DNA of 64,000 nt, from the NCBI GenBank assembly GCA_964383765.1, contig CAYLHT010000002.1, positions 62,774 to 126,773 on the forward strand, written 5' to 3'. Of the stretch, positions 1-12,000 are shown piece by piece (position 1 is the first letter of the stretch; every line of letters begins with the position of its first letter). The notes under the pieces were generated by a model. The model did no database searches and had not been told where the DNA came from. It worked only from the letters and a program-made list of their open reading frames with translations. Source of the stretch: an uncultured Gammaproteobacteria bacterium. GTDB taxonomy: Bacteria > Patescibacteriota > Patescibacteriia > SBBC01 > CAIJZX01. The position numbers were made by a program, and so were the translations under genes.

Positions 1-3000
1 GACGCGCCTGACATCTCGCCGGCGTTGTTTACTCTTGGGCCGTTACAAATTGGAGGAAATAGTTTTCAAGGCGCGCAGTGGCAAGAACCGCGGGAGTGGC
101 AATTAGCGTCGGACGCGATTTTAACGGTTGGCGACGCGGACTTTACGGCCGACCAAACTGATGTGATTGAACCGCTCAAAGCCTCGTATCGACGCGACGA
201 AACGGTCGACGTCAAGATTTACAAAAGTGGGTATCGGTTCAAAGGAGATAAAGTCAAGAATGGCGTCGGGAAGAACCGGCCGGCCGCCGTCACGAAAATT
301 TCTCTCGTCCGACTCGCCACTGGCGAAGTTGAGAACTTCACGACGACCACGAACGATATAGTACGGAACGGTCGGGGATTGGAGTTGTTTCACCTCGCCC
401 CGCCCAGTCGGGATTTTCACCCTGGGCAATACATACTTCAACTGACACTCAGCGACGGCGCGACGACCTCCGTCGAGAGCCGCCCCTTTGCTTGGGGTGT
501 ACTCGCAGTCAACCTTCGGCGCTCAATTGAACGTCCAAATACCGCCACCCAAATCGGCCTAGCGGTCTTGAACAAGTATGGCCATACCGAGTGCGCAGTC
601 CCAATCACCCTCGTGGTGACTGATCCGGATGGCCAGTCAAAGACATTGACGACTAAGGACGGAAGCATTGTCCGGAGCGACACATGCGCGAACGGGAACA
701 TTACGAATGATTTTGATTTCGCCGCACCCTACACCACCGGCGGAGTTGGAACATACAGCTTGCATGTAAGCTCCAATACGGGCGAAGGTGATTTTTCCAT
801 TGATGATACGTTTGAGGTGCAAAACCAGGTTGATTTCGATGTCCAGCGCACCAAGTTCTCGATGCGGATTTACCCGTACGGTGATCCATACGACCAGCAG
901 TTCACGATCGTGGCCAACAAAGACTATCAAGGCCCAGTCACCGAACGAGTGCCATTGAGTTTTGACATAACCGCGATTTCAGACAACGGCAATGTGGTCG
1001 TCAGTGCCGATCACCAAGACGTGACGTGGACCGTTGACTGGAAAGCCGGAGAAACGCATACCCTCGGCTACACCGTCGACTTCCCCGATGTGTCTCCAGA
1101 ATTCTACCAACTTGGACCACTCACGATCGGAGATTTTCAGGAAGCTCGACAATGGCAAATTGCTTCAGACGCGACGTGCACGATCGCGAGTGGAACTGGT
1201 CTGAACTGGAGCACGGCAGGCTGGTCGGGCTGTACTGGCGGTGGCTACCCAGGGCAAAACGCTAGCGGCGACTCCGTTCAAATTAACACCGGCGTGACCA
1301 TTACGCTTAATGTTTCCCCGGCCAACACCGTCGCCAACGTGACTATAGGAACAAGTACATTCAACACAATCACCACGCTCACCTTCGGTGCCGGGAATAC
1401 CTTGCACGCGACCGGTACCACCACCATTGGCGCTACCAACGAAACTGCCAACTATACGATTGACGTGGCGGGCGGAACCTATACCGCAGACGGGGCGATT
1501 ACCATCAATGGCGGTAGTTCAAGTTCGCGTTTAGGGAAACTGAATGTCGGGAATGGCGCACAAGCGGCTGGTACCATTACCGCGGGCGGGGGAGTCACGT
1601 GCGCCGGGACTGCCGCCGATGCACAGATTGCCATGACTGCGCCAAGCAGCGGGACGAACTTGTTCAACGTGACGAGCGGGGCTTTTGGATCTGGCGGTGC
1701 GGTTGAGTGTACGTTGAACGCCAGCGCATCTGGCAACGTCAAAATGAGTGGTAGTGCAACCCAAACGATGGTCAACTCCGCGAACTACCCCGCAGTTGAG
1801 ATTGCGACCACCAGCTCAGCCACGGCCCAAAATGCGACCACAGCCGCGGCCTTCACCTTTGCTTCTCTGACGATCGATAGTGGCGGGAAGTTCACAAAAG
1901 TTGGCGCCACGTCTGCCAACATGACCGTGACCGGCACGTCGTCAATCACCGGGACATTCACCACCGCCACCGCCGCGACCGGAACGCTGACGTTCACTGG
2001 CGCGGTCACCGTGAGTGATCCGGGGGTGCTTGATCTGTCCGGACAGAATCCGACAGTCACGTTTACGAATGCAACCCTGACCAACAACAGTAATACCGCC
2101 GGCTCGTTCAAAACTGGGACTGGCACACTGACGTTGGCAGCGAGCCCGACATTTGCTGGGAGTGGTACCGGCGGTATTAACCTGCAACAAGCGACCGTCA
2201 CGATTGCATCCGGATCAGTGTTCACGAATAGCATTACGAACGGCACCTTAACCTTCAGCGGATCCACCGGCTTGACGTTCTCCAATCCCACCGTCGCCAA
2301 TACGTTGTCACTCACAACCGGTTCAACCACGTCGGTCACCAATACGATGCTGTTCACCGCCAATTCCAGCGGCACCGTAAAGACTATGGTGCAAATGAAC
2401 GGTAATGCCAACATCACCGTCGGGACATTGACTTTGCAAGCTCCGTCCGGAGCTGGCAACACCAATGTGTCCGAACAAGTAACCTGTAATGCAGGTTCGG
2501 GCACCTTTACGGCGACGACGGTCAATGTGACTGGTAATTCGACCTCAACCGGTGATGCGGAACTCGATATGCAGGGCTGTACATTTACCGCTAATGGTCT
2601 TGTCACTCTAACCGGCGGGACGAATGCAACTGGAGTGGCCTTGCTGAAAGGTTCGAACGGGACCATGAACATCAATGCAGGGCTAAGCGAGGTGGCGGGA
2701 GGAACAATTACCAACGCGAAACTGACGACTTCAAGTACCGAAACGATCAATTTCGTCGGTACTTGGACCGGGGCCGGGACGTTGAGCTTAAACTCAGGTA
2801 CGCTGACAAAGTTTACTGGCGCGTCGACTGCGCTCAATGCAGCTTTCGGAACAAGCACCTGGGCGAAATGGGAAGTAGTGTCAGGTACTACCACGTTGGG
2901 CGCAACCCAGACAATTACCGGGCTACAAGTTGACGCAGGTGCAACCCTCGCGGGCGCGACATTCTTACTGACTGACAAATGCTCCGGTGCCGATACGTCT

Positions 3001-6000
3001 GGATTTAGAATTGATGGAACATTCAGTGGTACCTCTGGTGGGGCGGCCCTAGATACTGCGAGTTGTGTCATTGACGGTCGGACGAGCGGCGGCGGTGCAG
3101 CCTCGATTGCCTTCACTACCGGCACGGTGACTGTGAGTGCCACGATGTCGATCGGTTCGAATGCTAACTTATCAGTTTCAAGCACCACGAGCTTTGCGAT
3201 TTCTGGGGCAGTAACCCTAACGAACAACGGAACAGTAACGACTACTGGCACGAGTGGTATCACCGGTTCAGTTGCAGGTTCGACTTGGACCCAAGGTACG
3301 AATGCGGTTCTGCATTTTGGCGGTAACACTACCACCTTGATGTCAGGCGCTACCCTGGACGCTAACACGAACAGCGGCAACACAGTTGACTACAGTCAGA
3401 ACGGCGCACAAACCTGCAAAGTCACTAATTATCAGACCTTGAAATTCAGCGGGGGCGGAACGAAGACTTGTACCATTACGGCTGGAACGAATACCATTCA
3501 AGATTTGAAAATGACGGCTGGATCGTGGAGTCCTGGACAGAATGTGACGGTGGCGAACACCCTGACAGTTGAAGGGGGAACACTCACAACTGGAAACTTC
3601 AATTTAACTATTACCGGCACGACCAGCATCACCAGCGGTACTTTGCAGCTCGACGGAACCGGTACAAAAACACTCCAGGGTTTAGTTACGCTGAATGGCA
3701 CTGGCAACCTGACCGGAGCGAGTGCGGGTATTGTCTTGGGCAGCGGTGCAACTGCTGGTGGTATTACAAATACCTCCGGCACCGTGACGATCACCGGCAC
3801 AGTCACGATGAGCACGAACAACGGGGCATTGGTCTCGACGACCGCCATGTCAATTACGACCCTGACGGCAAATACGGCTTCAGCCTTTACCCATTCGGGA
3901 GCCGGCGGACTAACCGTCAGCGGAACATTGACGGTCACGAGTCCGGCGGTGCTGACCAACACCGGTCTCGTGACCAGCACCGGAACGCTCGCCGGCACCG
4001 GGAACTTTACCAATGGCAATGGCGGAACGTTGCACCTGGCTGCCACCCCAACCATTACAACCCTGAGCGCTAGTACGAATGCTAATACCGTCGACTTTAA
4101 CGGCGACGCGGGCATTACCATCCCCCTGGTGACCTACTGGAACTTGACGATGACCCCAACGTTCAATGCAACCGACCGAACCTATACAATGGGAACCGGT
4201 ACGACCACAATTAGCAACAACTTCACCATCAACCCGACCGACAGCACTGGCAGCGGAAATACCTTAACGGTCACCATGGCTGGGGCGATCAATGTGACTG
4301 GACTGACCACGATTGATGGTTCAGGCACAGTCAATGGCGTGGGCAAACTTGATGCCGTTGGCTCAAATAACTTAACCACCGGCACCCTTGATATTGAAAG
4401 TTTCGGTACATTCCTGGCCCAAACGTCAACAGTTACCCTCAACACCTCGACGGCTTCTTCGACGCTATTTACTTTGGCCTCGAGTAACGCGACGTTTACT
4501 GCCGGCACCTCGACACTGAAAATGTCATCTGACGCTGCCGAAACGTTAACCTCCGGAACGTTTACGAGCGGCAACGCGTTTAGCACACTCCAACTGGTTC
4601 CGGCCATTACGGCCAACCGGACCTACACCTTTGGTACAGGCGCAATCGCAGCTACAACGTTCACGATCCAGCCAACGAATACTGCGAACACGTTGACCGT
4701 GAATATGGCTGGTAACATCACAACCACCGGCCTGACCACGATTGACGGTACAACCGCCACCGGCAAACTCGATACCGTGGCTGATACAAACTCATTAACG
4801 TCGGGGACGCTGACGGTCGGCGCCAAAGGTAATCTGACGATGACTGGAACTGCGCCGGTTCTGACTCTGAACACCTCAACCGGTAGTTCGACGCTCTTCA
4901 CGTTGACCTCCGGCGGCGTGTTCAGCGCTGGTACCAGCACTGTCACGATTCAGTCTGATGGGGCGACCGAAAACCTGACCGGCGGCACCGGATCGTTCAC
5001 GTCGTCTAATGCGTTCAATACGCTGACCTTGAGTCCAACGATGACCAGCGGTCGCGCGTATTCCTTTGGATCGAATGCCGTCACTATCAATTCCGGGTTC
5101 AACGTTACTCCGGCCGCCGGCTCAGCTTTAGCACTGACCGTGAACCTTGGCTCAGGCGGACTGACGGTTAGTGGTACGACGACGATTGCGCCGACCAGCA
5201 GTGCCACCGCCAACCTGACAACGACCGCCAGTAACTATGCATTGACCACAAATGCTCTAACTATTTCGAATGCTGGCACATTCACGGGGAATGCAACGAC
5301 CACCGTGACTGTCACCACCGATGTGACGATCAACGCCGGTGGAACGTTGTCGAGCACGTCCGGCAACCTGTCCGTCGGCGGAAATTTCACCGTCAATTCA
5401 ACCGGCGCCTATACACATAACAGTGGCTTGCTGACGATGACCAATACCGTCGCCAAGAGTATGAACGGTACCTCGACCACAACGTTGTCTTTGTACAAGT
5501 TAACCGTCAATGTATCTGGCACCTCGGCCGTGACGTTGAATGGCAGTTATGACGTAACGGTGAATAATGCTTTGAATGTCGGTGACTCCGATTCCCTGAC
5601 GATTGCTACCGGTCGAACCATGACCGCTGCTAATACGATTACCATGAACACCAGTGGTACCATAGCCAGTTCCGGAACCGGGTTGTTTGTGATTAAGGAC
5701 ACATCCACCAGCGGCCCGGTGGGCGGGACGCTGAGCGCGTCTGTTCGGTTTGATGCTTCGGCGGCCAATATTCCGAGTACCATCTTTATCGCCCGCACTT
5801 ACGGCGGTGCAGTTGAGCTGTATAACAGCAGCGGGGCACACTCGATAACCGCGGCAGCTGGAGCCTACACATTCTCGTCTACATTAACAACGACGGAAAG
5901 CGGCGGGACATCACTCAGCGCAACTCTAAGCGCGGCTACCGGCAGCCCAGCCGTGGCTGTGACTGGTACTGTTACGATCGGCGTCAACACCACCCTGACC

Positions 6001-9000
6001 GCTCCGGCATCCGCGATCATGACGGCCGGCGGGGCTTGGTCAAATTCCGGTACCTTTACGAGCAATAGCGGCACGGTCAAATTCATTGGTACGTCGTCAT
6101 ATACGGTTGATGTCGGTGGAGGCAGCAATACTTTTAACAACGTTATTTTTGATGGCATTGGGGGAGCGTGGCGTCCAAATGCAAACAATTTTCGGATTGA
6201 TGGCGACTTCACCCTGACCAACGGAACCATTCAGGGTAACGGTGGCAACTGGATCATTGTGAAGGGAAATATTGCTTGCGGCGCCACCTGTGGATCAATC
6301 GACATGACCTTGAATTCCGGGACTGGTGTCTTTGAGCACTTGCTGACCAGTGGCAGTAAGAACTTCGGTACCAGCGTATCGGGCGACACGACGAACTGGA
6401 AGTTCTACGATTTGATGTTCGATGGTAACGCCACGGCAACTACCAGCACCACCCCCACCTCGCCAGGTACGATTACCATCACGCACCAAATGACGATCGC
6501 TATTGCCGGTACGACGTTAGATGCTGGCAATCGTACTTGGATTTTATCGGGTACTGGCACCGGCGCTTCTGCCCCGTTGATCAACGCCGGAACGTTGACT
6601 GGCAATGCATCGACGTTCAAGTACACCGGCGCAGACGCCACGACCGATATTAAAGGTACTACCTACTACAATTTAACCCTCGCGCCGACCATCACCACTG
6701 CCACCGCCTATAATGCCAATGGCGCGATCACCGCAACTGGCGCGCTATCAATCAACCCGACCTCCTCCGGTGCCAATGCGCTAACGTTCACCCTGGGCGG
6801 CACCACCAGCTTTACCGGGTTAACTACCATCACGCGTACAACTTCCGCCACGTCCGAACTGAATACAAGCGCTGCGTCACATTACAATTTTACGACCGGC
6901 GGCTTGACCATCAATGCCGGCGGGACATTTACCGGCAATACGAGCACGACGGTGACCGTGAACGGCGACATTACGATTGCTTCAAGCGGGACCTTGACCA
7001 GCACGTCCGGTAACGTAACCACCTCTGGGACATTCTCAAACAGTGGAGTATTCACCCACAACAGTGGAACGCTCACCATGACCGGCAGTGGCAAGACGTT
7101 AACCTCGGGTGGGAGCACCTTGAATAATGTCACCTTGTCTGGCTCGATCACCTTGGCGAACGCTACGCATACTATTGCCGGCAACTTGAGTTTGACCGGC
7201 GGCACGATTACAGCCGGAACATCGCTGATTGATATGACCGGGACCACGAAAACTATCGATGGTGGTTCGCAAACCTTGTACGATTTGACCATCGATGGGA
7301 CCACGACCTTGCAAACGGCGGCGATGAGTGTCTCGCATGTGCTGACGATTAGTGGCACAAAACAACTCACCATTAATCAGGACCTGACATTAACCAGTAA
7401 TGCTGGGACGCCATTTGTTTTATCCGGCACATTGGCCGGATCAAATTCACTGTATTACCAAAAAGGCGATACCTCATCGGCCTCATTCCCGACCTCCGGC
7501 ACAATTACAGCCAACATTGTGTTTGATACGATCAATGGGAACGGCGGAGACAGCTTTAGTCTGATCCCGAACCGAACCGCCTCGGCGCCATTCGGAGGCA
7601 ACGTCACCTGCTATGATAACCCCTCCGGCGTCACGCCGATTTGTAAATTCCTGACCGGCACGCCCACGATTTCTGGGAACTTGTTGGTGGCCGATAATGG
7701 TAACGGGGCGTCGCTGGATGCCAGTTCAAATCATCCGGATATAACCATTTCGGGCAATGTCTCGGCTACTGGCACGGGTGGATCATTGAGCATGGGTTCT
7801 GGTACCTGGACAGTGGGCGGTAATTTTGACCTGACGAATTTTGCTTCATTCGCCAACAATTCGGGAACCATTGTCCTCAACGGCAACTCGAAAACCTTAA
7901 CGACCAACGGCCAAACATTATTCAACCTGACTTTTTCCGGCGGCGGAACTGACACGCTCTCCGGGACTGTCACCGCCGCTGGCAACGTGGTGTTGAACAC
8001 GTCAGTGGCCGCCGGTTCGCTGACGATGACCGGGACCAAGAACCTGACCGGCGGAACGGCGACGCTCGACAATTTGACGGTCTCCGGTTCGCCCGTAACG
8101 CTGCAAACCAGCAATCTAACCGTTGGCACCCTGCTGACCGTCTCTTCGAGCAAGTCGTTAACCATTAACTCAGGGATCGTCCTGACCCTGTCTAAAACCT
8201 CGGGCACAAGCCTCACCATGACGAGTGCGACCATCAATGGCCCTGGCAAACTGATCTACCAAAGCACCTCGACCTTCCCGTCCGATGGCACGCTGGCCAG
8301 CATCCCGATTGTCCGGTTTGACCTGGTCAACGTGGCCGCGAATGGCAGCATGGTCATTCCGCAACGGTCAGACTATGGGGCGGTCGAAGTCTACAACAAC
8401 TCGGCGAGTAATAAGACGCTCAAAACCAATTCGAATACAACCTACACACTGAACGGTATCACCGCCAACCTGTACATCTACGCCGATGGCGGCGGCAACA
8501 CTACCTTCGATGCAACGGGCGCCGGAACCGTCAACTCGCCAATGACGGTTCCCGGTAACCTCGACTTCCTTGGTACCGGTGCGGGCAGTGAAATCATCAC
8601 CTCCGGTACGGGTACGTGGACGGTCACGGGTACCGTCGACTTCTCGGCGGCTGGCGGAGGAGCCGGAACGTACACAGCGACGAGCGGCAACACCTTTGTG
8701 ATGAACGGCCTGACCAAGACCCTGACGAGTAATGGCAACGCCTTTTCAAATCTGACGTTCTCAGGTAGCGGTACGACGACCATGGCGGATAGCATTTCAG
8801 CCAGCGGTGATGTGGTGTTGAATGGCAGTATTGGTGGCGGTTCCCTGACCATGTCTGGCGTCGGGAAAAACCTAACGGGCGGTTCGGCTACGTTGGCCAA
8901 CCTAACCATTTCCAATTCATCTGGGACTATCACCTTGACCGCCTCAAACCTGACCGTCAATACCGTGTTGACCATTAACTCGGGTGCTAACCTAACGTTA

Positions 9001-12000
9001 GGGTCGGGTCGAACCTTGACCCTGTCCCGCAATAACGTCAGCGCTTCCTTCAGCTTGAGCGGAACCTTGACCGGTACAGGCACCTTGATCTATCAGAATT
9101 TCTTGGCTGATAATGGCGGCACGTACTTCCCGACAACCGGGACCTTGGCTGCTTCGCCGAATGCTCCCACCATTCGATTTGATACTGCGAACGGTACGTT
9201 ACACGTGCCCGCTCGGACGGATTACGGGACGATTGAGGCCTACAAGAATGGCATCGCGAATGTCAGTGTCGTTTTGGGAACAGCCGCGTCTCAGAGTCTG
9301 AGTTTGTCCGGCAACCTCGACATCCAGAATGCAAATGCGACAAACACCTTGACGCTGGATGGAAACACCAACACTCCGGTGACCATGACGATCACCGGCA
9401 ACGTCACGAACTCAGTCGGCACCGGGAACACGACGTTCACCATGGGCGCCGGAACATGGACTGTGTCCGGCAACTTCGACCTGACGAATATTGATTCCTT
9501 CAGCAATAACAGCGGCACACTCGCGTTGAATGGCTCCTCAGCGAAGGCCCTAACCTCAAATGGCCAAACGGTCTTTAACCTGACCATCTCAGGGGCGGGA
9601 GCGACGACGCTCTCAGACGCCGCGATTGCGGCCGGGGACGTGATCCTGAATAGCACGGTGAGCGCCGGTTCCTTGACGATGAACGGCGCTGGCAAGAACC
9701 TGACGGGTGGTAGCGCGACCCTCGCGAACCTTACCATTTCGAATGGGTCCGGTACCATCACGTTGACTGGATCTGATCTGACCGTTAGTACCGTCTTGGC
9801 GATCAGCGCGAATGCCAATCTCACCTTAGCTTCCGGCCGAGTTTTGACCTTGTCTCGTAACAATGCCAGTGCTTCCTTTACGTTGCCAACGAATGCCACG
9901 CTGACTGGTCCGGGGACACTGGTGTACCAAAACTTCACCGCTGACAACGGCGGCACGTATTTCCCGACGACGGGGACTTTGGCTTCTAATCCCATCATCC
10001 GGTTTGATACGTTGAATGGTAACCTCCACGTCCCAGCCCGTACGGACTATGGCTCGATCGAGGCGTATGGTGACGCCGGAATCAGCGCCGCTCGGACCGT
10101 TACTCTGGGTACGGCCTCATCACAAACTATTACGACCAGTGGCTACCTCGACGTGATCGCCAACAGCAACACTGGCGGCCGGAACGTCACCCTGAACGGC
10201 AGTACCAATGATCCAACCTTGAACGTGGGTGGAGACTTTGCGTTCACCGGGACTGGAAGTACAAGTGAAGCCGTAACCGCGCCGGATGCAAGCGCGACCT
10301 GGACAGTGACCGGAAATTTCGACCTGACGAACGGCACGTGGACGGCTGGTGCTGAAACGCTGAAAATGAATGGAACGGCCAACTTGAAAGCCGCCGGTCA
10401 AACCATCAAGAATGTCACGATTGACGGAACGAATAGCACGGTCACGGTCACCGGATCAGACCTGACGGTCTCAGGAACGCTGACCATCGGCGGCGATGCG
10501 GCGGCGAATACCGACGTGCTCTCGATTGGCTCAGGTCGCCAAGTTCTGTCCGGCACGGCCGGGGCGGTGACGCTGACGGATGCAACCGATACCATTAGTG
10601 GATCTGGGACCCTGAACGTTGAGAATAGTAACCTTAGCGATCAGGGGACCTTGAGTGCCAATGTCACCTATACGATAGTTTCGAGTGACATCAACGCCAC
10701 CGCTCGCACGTATGGTGCGAATCTGACGTTTGATAATACGAATGGGGGAGGCTCAGTCTTTCTCAGCACTGGGACATTCGCGGTCACTGGGAACATGTCC
10801 TATGTTTGTAGCTTCAACTGTGACGCCGTCTTCCTGGACGGAGGAGATTTTAACCCCTTTGTGACGATTGGCGGATCCTTTAGTGTGACAGACCCAGGTA
10901 ACGCATCAAGCATGAGCATGGGCAACCAGACCTGGACAGTGAGTGGTAGCTTCAATTTGACCGGTCTGGGTAGTCTAAGCGCGACGGGCACGCTGCTTAT
11001 GAATGGAACCGGGACGCTGACCTCTAATAGTCTGTCTCTCAACAATGTTACTCTTGATACGTCGGGCGGAGGGACGATTACACTCGCGAACGCGGCTCAG
11101 AGTATTGCCGGTAACCTAGTGCTCACATCTGGCGGGACACTTACCGATGCCGGAACCTCGACCGAGGTCGACATGACGGGAACCAATAAAACAATTACCG
11201 GCGCCGGTAAAACGCTGCGTAACCTGACCATCGCCGGCACGATTACGTTACAAACGACTGACCTGACCGTCAGTACCCTATTGACCGTCAACACTTCGAA
11301 ATCACTGACGATCAACAGCAGCCGAACGTTAACCCTGTCAGGCAATAGCGGCACCACCCTATCACTCTCCGGGACGATCAATGGCCCTGGAACTCTGACC
11401 TACCAAAATAGCGCCACCGCCTTCCCAGCCGGAGGGGCGCTCGCCAGTATTCTGATTGCTCGTTTCGACCTGGTGAATGTCTCATCCGGCGGAAGCATGG
11501 TGATTCCGCAACGGGCGGACTATGGCGCGGTCGAAGCCTACAATAATTCTTCAAACAACAAGACCCTCAAGACCAATTCCAACTCGACATACACCTTGAC
11601 CGGCTCAACCGCCAATCTGTACATCTATGCCGATGGCACAGGCAATACCACCTTCGATGCGACGGGCGCGACCACGGTCAATTCGCCGATGACGATTGGC
11701 GGTAACCTTGATTTCCGCGGAACGGGGAGTGGCAGTGAAGCGATTACTTCAGGTACTGGCACCTGGACCGTCTCGGGCAGTGTCGACTTCTCAGCGGCCG
11801 GAGGCGGCAGCGGCACCTACACCGCGACGAGTGGTAATACACTGGTTATGAATGGTACCTCAAAAACGCTGACGACGAATGCGAACAGCCTCGACAACGT
11901 AACATTCTCGGGTAGCACGACCACGACCTTGGCTGACAGCGTGACAGCCACCGGCAACGTCGTCTTGAATAACACCATCTCAGCCGGATCGACAACCATG